Shown here piece by piece: positions 49,431 through 58,142 of a stretch of DNA of 64,000 nt; position 1 is the stretch's first letter, and every line of letters begins with the position of its first letter. Made by a program: the position numbers and the translations under genes. This DNA comes from Planctomycetota bacterium (GTDB taxonomy: Bacteria; Planctomycetota; UBA8108; SXIK01): positions 1,088,001 through 1,152,000 of the forward strand of contig OZ244999.1 in the NCBI GenBank assembly GCA_965223265.1, in the 5' to 3' direction. The notes under the pieces are model-generated. The model did not search any database. It was not told where the DNA came from and was given only the letters and a program-made list of their open reading frames with translations.

Positions 49431-49954
49431 TTCTGCCTCCGCAGTGCCTCTTCGCAGTTGTTGAGCCACTTGATGCGCGCTTCCAATTTGAGAGCGGCCA
49501 GGTCGAGGAGCATCACGGACCTGAGCTCGGAGGAGCCATTCGACGCTCGTGCTTTCGCGCTGACAATCTCGTGAAGTCGAGTCATGCATTCGCGCCGTTC
49601 GATCTCAATCACAGCCAACGGATCCACGGCTTCTAGACGACGAGCAAGGATGAGCTTAAGGAAAATTTCGTCCCGGCGGTCGATGGGCGCTCTCGACGGC
49701 TCTTCGATCCAGCGTCGCAGTTCGTCTCGTCCGGGGTCCGTTAAGTCATACACTTTCTTGTCCGGCCGAACGTCTTGTCGCACGACATCGTGCGAAACGA
49801 ATCCCTCGTGACTGAGTCGCTCGAGGCTCTTGTACACTTGGCCGACGTTGAGTTGTGCACCAGGAACGAGTTCCTCCTCATAGGCGGACTTGAGTTCGTA
49901 GCCGTGGAGAGGACCTTGCGACAGGAGACCGAGGATGGCGTATTTGATTGACAC
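49427..49954 (-). CDS. PadR-family regulator
   Basis: IKYAILGLLSQGPLHGYELK, GQVYKSLERL, PDKKVYDLT. Confidence 0.9.
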   Translation of the reverse strand: MSIKYAILGLLSQGPLHGYELKSAYEEELVPGAQLNVGQVYKSLERLSHEGFVSHDVVRQDVRPDKKVYDLTDPGRDELRRWIEEPSRAPIDRRDEIFLKLILARRLEAVDPLAVIEIERRECMTRLHEIVSAKARASNGSSELRSVMLLDLAALKLEARIKWLNNCEEALRRQK

Positions 49955-49970
49955 GTTTCGCTCAGGTTTT

Positions 49971-51290
49971 TCAGAGGCTTTTGAGGTACTCGACGACTGC
50001 CGCGCGCTCCGCTCGATCGAAATCGTCTCCGAAGTTGTGTCCCATGTTGCCACGGCCATCGAGTGTCGTGTCGTAGATGGACCGTTTCGCCTCCGCATCA
50101 GCCGGTGGATCTCCATCGATCACGGTGATCTTCCACCCCAGCCGCGCTTTGTCGTAGTCATCCTTGTCGGTACGGTAAGTCCGTGTCCACACGCGCGGCC
50201 GCGAATCTGAGTCGAGCACATGGGCAACAGTCGGCACTGACCCGTTGTGGAAGTAGGGCGCTGTCGCCCACACTCCATCGAGAGGAGGTGCTTGGTATCC
50301 AGGGACCGTGTGGTCACGCTCGATTGCGTCGGCCCATGTTTCGCGAGCGAACCACGAGCTCAGGAAGTGTCGGTGTGCAGGAGTTTCGCGCATCGATGCC
50401 TCCGCGAGAACTGGATCCGTGCCGACTTCCTCGAGCGGAATGCGTCGGCTAGGATAGCTCTCCTCGTCGCCATACGTGCCGTGGCAGCGCGAACAGTGTT
50501 TGCGAAAAAGTTCTTCGCCGTCATCCGCAAGTTTGCGGTCGATTTCAAACGGAAATCTTGGCGCCTCAATCGATCTCACGTAAGCGAGGACGTCAGCGTA
50601 GATACTCTCGGCCTTCTTGATGTCCTCGCCCGGAATGATGGGGGAGAGCATGAACGTCAAGAACGGCCGAACCGCTCGAGAGTCAAGGAGACCGGTATGC
50701 AGCATCCGCTTCTTCTTCTTCTTGAGAAGCCACCATGCGGGAATGTCGACCAAAAGAGGCGGTCCAAGGTCGTATGTCCTTGGAATCCGCCGGTTGAGTT
50801 CTGCGTCGCGGAATTGCATGAGGTATGTGATCGACGCGTCGACTTCGATCGTCCCGCGTTGGTAGGACAAAGAGAGTGCGCTGTCGAGACGAACGCCGGA
50901 GACACCCCAAAGCTCTTCCATGAGCAGTTGCATATCCAGTGAACTGTTGCCGAGTCCGATGATGCTCTCCCCAGCGATCGATCCGGCATGACACAGGAGA
51001 CAGTCGTTTGCGATCCCGTCGCCGAGAAGTGATTTCGCGGCGCGAAGACCCATGGGCAGCCCGTCGTTTTCAAAGGGCGCCGTATGGAGACCGTAGCGCT
51101 CCCGGAAGGCCGAGTCGTAGTTCGCGGGACGCGTCTTGACGCCCCAGCGCTTCCAAACCTCGTCATAGGCACTCCGCGGCCAAGAAGCGGGAACTACCGG
51201 CGTGGTCAGGAGGGCAATCTTGCCCCTATCGGCGTCGGGGGCAGCCAAGAGAAGGAGAACGGACGTGGCGGTGACAAGTGGGGCGCTCAT
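49971..51290 (-). CDS. Secreted diheme cytochrome c (RoxA/MauG-motif family)
   Basis: CLLCH, CSRCH, LDGVWATAPYFHNGSVPT, GNMGHNFG. Confidence 0.82.
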   Translation of the reverse strand: MSAPLVTATSVLLLLAAPDADRGKIALLTTPVVPASWPRSAYDEVWKRWGVKTRPANYDSAFRERYGLHTAPFENDGLPMGLRAAKSLLGDGIANDCLLCHAGSIAGESIIGLGNSSLDMQLLMEELWGVSGVRLDSALSLSYQRGTIEVDASITYLMQFRDAELNRRIPRTYDLGPPLLVDIPAWWLLKKKKKRMLHTGLLDSRAVRPFLTFMLSPIIPGEDIKKAESIYADVLAYVRSIEAPRFPFEIDRKLADDGEELFRKHCSRCHGTYGDEESYPSRRIPLEEVGTDPVLAEASMRETPAHRHFLSSWFARETWADAIERDHTVPGYQAPPLDGVWATAPYFHNGSVPTVAHVLDSDSRPRVWTRTYRTDKDDYDKARLGWKITVIDGDPPADAEAKRSIYDTTLDGRGNMGHNFGDDFDRAERAAVVEYLKSL

Positions 51291-51331
51291 CGGAAGCCTT
51301 TGCGCTCGTTGCGCTTGTAGAGGTTTGGGCC

Positions 51332-51354
51332 ATATAGATACTATGTATCTATAT
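51332..51354. promoter_or_regulatory. Perfect palindrome upstream of the cytochrome-padR-ABC operon (candidate PadR operator)
   Basis: ATATAGATAC-TAT-GTATCTATAT. Confidence 0.6.
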
Positions 51355-51749
51355 ACAGGGTATAGTCAGATTCCAAGAGAAAACCTCGGTGCGCTTTTAC
51401 CGCGTTTACGGTGCGCTCTTACGGCGGCCTGTGGAGGGGGACGGAATCCTTTGACTTGGGAAGGCCAAAACAGAAGCTCGACTCTGCGGTTGCCATCCAG
51501 TCACGCCGCCACGATCAACCCGCGATACGGGAATTCCGTCGGGAGGGAGACGGATGGGTGACGCTCTCTCACCTGCTGCGCTCAGCTTGCATCGATTTCT
51601 CCAAACACGCGCATTACGGCAGGTGAGATCGCTACTGTCGGTGTCGCTGAGAGCACGGCTTCAACGAGCTCCTTGCACTGGGTTCGACGCGGCGGCAGTG
51701 TTTGCGGTCGGTTCGAGCAGACGCGAGTCCTGACGTTAGCGGCAGACTG

Positions 51750-52526
51750 TCAGCTATCGCTGTCGAGAACTCTACGCAGAATTCCGCGAACGAACGCACT
51801 GTACTCGTCGCGCATGGGCAGATCGAGCTCTGCCGCTACCCGACGTCGCCGAGCAACCGAGCGTTCGCCAGTCAATGGGTTTTCTCCCGCTCTTTCAAAC
51901 GTCGCCCAAATGAGGCCGATTCCTCGCTTCTGCCAGTTGGGGACGTCATTGAAGTTGGTGCCGCATTGAAACAGGAACTCATTTTTGTCGGCGACGGACA
52001 AGCCAAGCAGCGCTGAAGTTGCCGCTTTCGCACTGAGCCCATTCTCACGGTGCCTCCAATAACAGTATGCGTTCAGAGCATTTCTGTGCGCGTCTTCGTT
52101 GCGCCAACGGAAGTAATCCACCACGAGCTGCTCGGTTGGCAAGAGAGACAGGCGGCAATCAAAACACGCGAGATCGCCGAGCAGCAACGAGAACTTACTG
52201 CTAGCTTCTCCTGAGAGAATCGAGTTCAGCTTGCGGCTCTTCCGGCCGTACGATTTTTCCTCAGGATGTAACAAGAGCGAAATCTCATCGCTCTCGGTGT
52301 ATCCGTAGATCACGTTGAACCCGCAGGTCATCAAGTGGCGAGTCGTTTCGACCATGTGATCGCGGAACCGCTCGTCGAATGGCGCCTGGAATCTGTGGGT
52401 TTCCTTCGTTAATCGTGTGAAGTTTCGTCCGTCGAGACGTGCCACTACGAAAAGCCCTGGTAGAACGCAGTGGTCGTGGGCAGTCTCGTAGACTCGCATC
52501 TTCCTATCTAACTCATCGAATTTCAC
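51750..52526 (-). CDS. thg1: tRNA(His) guanylyltransferase Thg1-like protein
   Basis: VARLDGRNF, YTESDEISLL, FDCR, YFRWRNEDAHRNALN, NFNDVPNWQKRG. Confidence 0.92.
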   Translation of the reverse strand: MKFDELDRKMRVYETAHDHCVLPGLFVVARLDGRNFTRLTKETHRFQAPFDERFRDHMVETTRHLMTCGFNVIYGYTESDEISLLLHPEEKSYGRKSRKLNSILSGEASSKFSLLLGDLACFDCRLSLLPTEQLVVDYFRWRNEDAHRNALNAYCYWRHRENGLSAKAATSALLGLSVADKNEFLFQCGTNFNDVPNWQKRGIGLIWATFERAGENPLTGERSVARRRRVAAELDLPMRDEYSAFVRGILRRVLDSDS

Positions 52527-52965
52527 TGCGCCAGCCCTCGACGAGAAAACCGCCGCCGTCCTCTATTCTCACGTAGTACAGTTCGTCAAATCCCTCCTCT
52601 ATCGTCGGAAGGACCAGACGCGCATGAGTTCCTCGGACCGCGAGTCCCGAGACAGCTCGTGGTTGCGGACGGGAGTCATTTCGCTGAAGTAGGTCGGCGA
52701 TCTTGGACTCAAAGTAGAAACCCTTGATCAAAAAGCCAAATTCCTTTGCGGAAGCCAGATACTTCGCCCTCTCCTCCACAGTCACGTTGGTGTTGTCGAC
52801 AACGAAACGCTGCTTCATCTCAAGACAGGCTCTCAGCAGGATATCCTCCCGGTGCCGTGTCCTGAGCATGTCGAGATTGATCCGCACGTGGCTATCAGCG
52901 AACCTCTGTGCGAAGAACTTAGATTTCCCAGATGCCTGGCACCCGATCAGAACGATGGCTTCCAT
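52513..52965 (-). CDS. P-loop kinase (AAA_33/polynucleotide kinase-like)
   Basis: IGCQASGKS, RINLDML, VVDNTN, PTIEEGFDELYYV. Confidence 0.85.
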   Translation of the reverse strand: MEAIVLIGCQASGKSKFFAQRFADSHVRINLDMLRTRHREDILLRACLEMKQRFVVDNTNVTVEERAKYLASAKEFGFLIKGFYFESKIADLLQRNDSRPQPRAVSGLAVRGTHARLVLPTIEEGFDELYYVRIEDGGGFLVEGWRSEIR

Positions 52966-53292
52966 GACAGATGTTTTACGTGCCCGAGGGTCAAATTCAA
53001 TCGACGATGACCTGCCTCCCGTTGGAAGTATGATCAGCGATTTGGGGCACTACGGGAGATGATCGGGAGTCTTCGTCACCGCGCATTTGCGGCGTCCTCT
53101 CGCGGGCTCGCGACGCCCGACGCGCGCGGGAGTCGGTGTGGTGAGGAGCGAGGAAAACGAGACTTTCGGTCTGGGGCGATCTCCAACTCGAGGGTCACTT
53201 GCGTCACTTTTCGCCGCTGCTCCGTGGGAAGCCCACTGTTTATCCAGTAGAGTGGTTCGCATGCGCCGAGTGGTCCTTCGGCAAACTAGTCA

Positions 53293-55569
53293 ATGGCGCG
53301 AAGGCTCCTAGGATTCTCTGCGACTGTCATGCGCGACCCGCTTTTCTGGCTACCGATCAAGTACAAGCTGCCGCTTACGATCGCGTTGGTCTCCCTCGTG
53401 GCCTTCGGCATCGGTGGCTTTTTGGTGACCTCGATCACCAAAGAAGTGTTCACGAAGCAGATCCACAAGGGGCTCGAGAGTAAGGCCCTCTGGGTGACGA
53501 ACATCGTTGATCGCCACTTCGAACTGGCCGCGCGCCGCGTGGAAGATTTCGCGTCCGACGGTTTCATCCGCATGGCGGTCGCTGAGATCCTCGACGGTGG
53601 GGGGGCGGATATTGGGCAGGAGAACTCCTCGGCTCGCGAGCGCCTGCTCCGCCACCTTTCAAAGAACAAGCTTCCTCTCGTGCCCTGGTTCGTCGGCGCC
53701 GGGGTTCTCGACCCAAAGGGTGAGGTGATGCTCACCGTCCCGGACCCTTTCGAAGTCCTGGCGGCGGCCCACTTGCCGCCCGCGACAGAGATTGGCCCAT
53801 TGATGACTCCCTCGACCCGATATCCCTTCCGTGCGTTCGTGATTTCGTCGCCGCTCGTGAGCCTCGACGGTCAACACCAGCTCGGGTTTCTCCAACTGCT
53901 GATCGACGTAGACTCCTGGATCGAGGGGATCCCCGAGTTAGCGCAGCTGGGCGACACTGGGCTCGCTCGCCTCCGCATGGTCGATCGCGCTGGAGTCCAT
54001 GTCTCTCTCCTGTCCGGTAACTCCACGTCCGACGACGGTGAGCCTCCCGAAAACTCAAGGATGCTCGAGTACGGCGCCGAACTGAGTCAGAGCGACGGCT
54101 GGAGACTGGAGCTGGCGGTCGACCGGGACGAGCTCCTGTCTCCGGTAGCTACCGTTTTCGGGCGCTTCCTCTTCGTCGGAGGGACGCTCTTAGTATTGAA
54201 TCTCGCACTGCTGTTCTTCCCTACTCGGTTCCTGGTGCGTCCGCTTCTCCAGCTTCGCAACGCAGCGCAGAGGATCGCGAAGGGCGACTTTTCGGCTCGT
54301 GTCCCCCAGCCTGCATCCCACGACGAGATCGGCGACCTCGCCAAGGCCTTCAACATCATGTCACGTGCGATCGAGGAGCGAACTGTCCGACTCGAGGATG
54401 CAGCTCAGCAACTCGCGAAGCGAGAAAGCCAGATCCGCTTTGAGCGAGATCGCCTGGAAACGACTATCCGTTCGATGCAGGACGGCCTCTTCATTCTGAA
54501 CGCCGAAGGTAAAGTGACACTGGCTAACGCTGCCGCGCGCAACCTCATTGAGAAGCTCGGGAGTGACGTCAACGGTGACCATCGCCTGGACTGCACACGA
54601 AGAAACGTGTCCGATCACGGCTGTCTCCACTGCCTCTCCAGCTCGACTCGGATTCCTACCTCCTGCATGGTGAACGTCGACGACCACATCTACGAAATCC
54701 ACGTGACCCCTCTGCCGCTACGGGAAGACTCACAGGCTGAGGGGCTCTACGTCAGTCGTGATATCACCGAGCGACTCGCCCAGGCAGAGCGTCAGGGCCA
54801 CCACGAGCGCATGCACGTCGTGGGCGAGATGGCCGCCGTCGTTGCCCACGAGCTCAACAACCCGCTGGCGGCGATCGTGATGTTCAGCCAAATGCTCCTC
54901 GACAGCCTGGAGGAAAACTCACCGCTACGCGAGCACGCTGAGGTGATCCTGCGCAATGCGAAGACCTGCAAAGGCACCATCGGCGGCCTGCTGGACATGG
55001 CGGCGTTCCCCAAGCCTGAGGTGTGCGAGGTCGATCTCCAGGAACTTCTTGCTGACGTCAGCTCTGTGCTCCGTCCGCTGGCCGGCAAGACGAACCGCGA
55101 GTTCAAGCTGGAGAACAACGCAGACGTCTCGGTCATTGCCGTCGAGCTCCAGCTCCGGCAAGTTCTCGTCAACCTCGTGATGAACGCCATTCAGGCCGGC
55201 GGCGACAAGAGGGGCCGTGTGACGATACGCACCGCGGTTCAAGGGCACGACATCACCATCGACGTCGAGGACGACGGTCCGGGGATCCCCGAAGGCATCC
55301 GCGACAATATCTTCAAGCCGTTCTTCTCGACCAAGCCGCCAGGAGTCGGCACGGGCCTGGGCCTTCCGACCTCCCGGCGCATCGTCGAAGCGCACGGCGG
55401 AACTCTCGAGCTACTCTCTTCTGCTGAGGGCAGAACCATCTTTAGAATTGTCCTGCCTCGCAAGGGAACGGCTTCCTCCGGACACCGACGAGGTCCCGTG
55501 TTCGGCGAGTTCATGAACTTCGACGAAACATTTTCCGATATGAGACCGCTGCATGGGAAACACCCCTGA
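53293..55569 (+). CDS. Sensor histidine kinase (periplasmic domain, HAMP, Cys-rich PAS, HisKA, HATPase)
   Basis: Two TM helices, DEIGDLAKAFN, AHELNNPL, NLVMNA, DDGPGI, GTGLGL. Confidence 0.93.
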   Translation: MARRLLGFSATVMRDPLFWLPIKYKLPLTIALVSLVAFGIGGFLVTSITKEVFTKQIHKGLESKALWVTNIVDRHFELAARRVEDFASDGFIRMAVAEILDGGGADIGQENSSARERLLRHLSKNKLPLVPWFVGAGVLDPKGEVMLTVPDPFEVLAAAHLPPATEIGPLMTPSTRYPFRAFVISSPLVSLDGQHQLGFLQLLIDVDSWIEGIPELAQLGDTGLARLRMVDRAGVHVSLLSGNSTSDDGEPPENSRMLEYGAELSQSDGWRLELAVDRDELLSPVATVFGRFLFVGGTLLVLNLALLFFPTRFLVRPLLQLRNAAQRIAKGDFSARVPQPASHDEIGDLAKAFNIMSRAIEERTVRLEDAAQQLAKRESQIRFERDRLETTIRSMQDGLFILNAEGKVTLANAAARNLIEKLGSDVNGDHRLDCTRRNVSDHGCLHCLSSSTRIPTSCMVNVDDHIYEIHVTPLPLREDSQAEGLYVSRDITERLAQAERQGHHERMHVVGEMAAVVAHELNNPLAAIVMFSQMLLDSLEENSPLREHAEVILRNAKTCKGTIGGLLDMAAFPKPEVCEVDLQELLADVSSVLRPLAGKTNREFKLENNADVSVIAVELQLRQVLVNLVMNAIQAGGDKRGRVTIRTAVQGHDITIDVEDDGPGIPEGIRDNIFKPFFSTKPPGVGTGLGLPTSRRIVEAHGGTLELLSSAEGRTIFRIVLPRKGTASSGHRRGPVFGEFMNFDETFSDMRPLHGKHP

Positions 55570-56974
55570 ACTAGACATCCCCTGGAAGCCCGGCGAGCTC
55601 CGCGTGCTCGTCGTCGACGACGAGCACGACGTGCGCCTTGGCCTACGCATGCTGGCCGAATCGCTCAAGACCGATGTCACCGCCGCCGCGAGCGCGGAGG
55701 AGGCTCTGACCCTGATGGACGAGACAGTCGCCCACGTCATCATTTCAGACATCAGTATGCCTGGGCGATCCGGGCTCGATCTTCTCGATTCTGTGATGCG
55801 GGCTCACCCGGCAACTCAGGTGATTCTGATCACTGGGTTCGGGACCATCGACATGGCCGTTTCGGCGCTGCAAAGGGGTGCCGCACATTTTATCACGAAG
55901 CCCTTTAACAATGCGGACATCCTCTCGGCTCTACGCCGCTACGGAAGGGAGGCGCTCGTCAACGAACAGGTGCAGCGTCTAAAGAAGGGAGCTGCGTCCG
56001 AGAACGATCTGTGCCTCGTCGCGGAGGACCCGAAGACGAGGGCTATGCTGGAGCTCGTGCGACGCGTCGCTCCGACTCCGACTACGGTGTTGATTGAGGG
56101 GGAGAGTGGCTCGGGTAAGGAGCAGGTGGCGAGAGAGATCCATGCTGCGAGCGGCAATCGCGACCGCCGCTTCCTAGCGCTCAACGCCTCGGCGCTGCCA
56201 GATACGCTGTTGGAATCGGAGCTCTTCGGCCACCGGCGCGGCGCCTTCACCGGAGCAGACTCGGATCGCCAGGGCATTTTCGAGCAGGCCGCGGGAGGCA
56301 CCGTGTTCCTCGACGAGATCGCACTCATGTCCCGAGCGTTCCAAGACAAGTTGCTTCGAGTCATCCAGGAGCGAACTGTCGTCCCTCTCGGCACATCTTT
56401 GCCAGTCGATGTAGATTTTCGATTGGTGACCGCTACGAGCCGCGATCTGCGCGATCGCGTCCGTCAGGGCGAGTTCCACGAGGACCTCTACTACCGCCTC
56501 GACGTCGTCAAGATCGAAGTACCCCCTTTGAGGGAGCGGCCGGGAGACATCTTGCCGATTGCCGCTCACTTCCTCTCGCGATACTCCGCGCGGCTCCGAC
56601 CCGAAATGAATTCTCCCCAACTCTCCGACAACGCCATCGAAGCGCTTCACGAACACTCGTGGCCGGGAAACATCCGAGAGCTCGAGAACTGCATCCAGCG
56701 GGCACTCGTGCTTTCGCAGGGTCACATCATCCACGCCCGTCATTTGGGAATCGACGGCAGCGCGGCTGACAGCGAGGCCGACAAAGTCCTCTCTTACGGT
56801 GAAGGAAAGCAGCAAGCCGTACGGATGTTCCAGCGGCGCTATGTCGACACCGCCCTCCGGCGCTCCGGCGGTAATGTCACTCAGGCGGCCGAGCAGTGTG
56901 GCCTGACACGGGCTGCCTTGCAGCGGATCATGCGTTCACTCGATCTTGACCGCGGTCCCTTCCTAAAACCCTGA
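55553..56974 (+). CDS. Sigma54-dependent NtrC-family response regulator
   Basis: Receiver VVDDE/SDISMP, GESGSGKE, ESELFGH, GAFTGA, WPGNIREL, Fis-type HTH. Confidence 0.95.
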   Translation: MGNTPELDIPWKPGELRVLVVDDEHDVRLGLRMLAESLKTDVTAAASAEEALTLMDETVAHVIISDISMPGRSGLDLLDSVMRAHPATQVILITGFGTIDMAVSALQRGAAHFITKPFNNADILSALRRYGREALVNEQVQRLKKGAASENDLCLVAEDPKTRAMLELVRRVAPTPTTVLIEGESGSGKEQVAREIHAASGNRDRRFLALNASALPDTLLESELFGHRRGAFTGADSDRQGIFEQAAGGTVFLDEIALMSRAFQDKLLRVIQERTVVPLGTSLPVDVDFRLVTATSRDLRDRVRQGEFHEDLYYRLDVVKIEVPPLRERPGDILPIAAHFLSRYSARLRPEMNSPQLSDNAIEALHEHSWPGNIRELENCIQRALVLSQGHIIHARHLGIDGSAADSEADKVLSYGEGKQQAVRMFQRRYVDTALRRSGGNVTQAAEQCGLTRAALQRIMRSLDLDRGPFLKP

Positions 56975-57209
56975 CGCGGCCGACGCGCGAAAGTACGCAG
57001 GCGCATACTCCAGTATGCAACGGCAAGTCTTCGCCAGGCTGTTGGTTGCGAACGGTGGTGGCATTGCGCCGCCGCGCGCAGTACGCGTCTCGGCCGTTCT
57101 CATCGCGCTGCGGCCCGTCTGGATCCACGCCTCGCTATCTTCCGTAACCGTCTTCCCGCGAAGAGGTTGAGAGCTCTCTCCGCATTGATCCTCTGTCTGC
57201 CGCGGCAGT

Positions 57210-57226
57210 TTGGCCACGTATTCGCT
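57210..57226 (+). promoter_or_regulatory. Sigma54 (-24/-12) promoter candidate
   Basis: TTGGCCACGTATTCGCT has GG-N10-GC spacing, ~40 bp before the cytochrome c start. Confidence 0.6.
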
Positions 57227-57266
57227 AACTGGACCCAGTGGTTACGCTTTCTGAGGAGAGAGCTGC

Positions 57267-58142
57267 ATGGAGAGACTGGAATATTCTCGTCGACGCGCTG
57301 TCGCGATGCCTCTGGCGTTCACGTTGTCGCTTCTGGCTTTTGGCAACAGCGTCACCCAGGGCCAGGATGCGGTGATCGCCGACTACAAGCAGAACTGTTT
57401 GAGTTGCCACACGATCGGAGGCGGCCGCATCACCGGGCCGGACCTTCAAAACGTTGACGAGCGTAAGGATCGAGAATGGCTGGTCGGCTTCGTCATGGAT
57501 CCGCTGGGTGTTCTCAACTCTGGCGACGAATACGCGCTCAAGATTAAGCAAGAGGCGCAGAACGTAGTCATGCCGAATGTCCCCGGCATGACTCGCGAGC
57601 GCGCCGAAGCTCTACTCGATCTCATCGCGGCCGAGTCCAAGCTGGAGAAGTCTCAATTCGTCGGTGTCCAGATCAGCGACCGACCGCTCACCGCCGCCGA
57701 TGTTCAGCGCGGGCGGGGCATGTTCATGGGAACAGTCCCGTTTGCAGGCGAAGGCGCCGCGTGTGTTTCGTGTCACGTCGTCACCGGCCTCGGAGGACTT
57801 GGTGGCGGCAAGCTCGGTCCGGATCTCACAAAGATCTTCGAGCGTCGCCAAGGGCGCAAAGGCCTGGTGGCGTGGCTCTCCGCGCCAGCGACCCCTGTCA
57901 TGCAGGCCACGTTCCGCGATCACCCCTTGGAAGGGGAAGAGATTCTCGGACTGGTAGCGTTTTTTCGGGAAACAGCGCAGCTGGACGAAACGTCACACGC
58001 CAATGCGACCCTCATGTTCATCATTCTCGGGGTCGCCGGCACCGTCGGCGTGCTGATCGTCTTCGGCTGGATCTGGGGCTATCGCTTCAGATCCGTTCGC
58101 CGAACTCTACTTCAGAAACGACCGGTGGGAGAACCCGTATGA
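57267..58142 (+). CDS. Membrane-anchored diheme cytochrome c (NarC-like)
   Basis: Signal peptide, CLSCH and CVSCH, C-terminal TM; stop overlaps the narG start. Confidence 0.85.
   Translation: MERLEYSRRRAVAMPLAFTLSLLAFGNSVTQGQDAVIADYKQNCLSCHTIGGGRITGPDLQNVDERKDREWLVGFVMDPLGVLNSGDEYALKIKQEAQNVVMPNVPGMTRERAEALLDLIAAESKLEKSQFVGVQISDRPLTAADVQRGRGMFMGTVPFAGEGAACVSCHVVTGLGGLGGGKLGPDLTKIFERRQGRKGLVAWLSAPATPVMQATFRDHPLEGEEILGLVAFFRETAQLDETSHANATLMFIILGVAGTVGVLIVFGWIWGYRFRSVRRTLLQKRPVGEPV

Noticed and set aside
57185-57198. FNR box upstream of the nar operon
   Set aside because: Only the TTGAT half-site is present, with no ATCAA partner.
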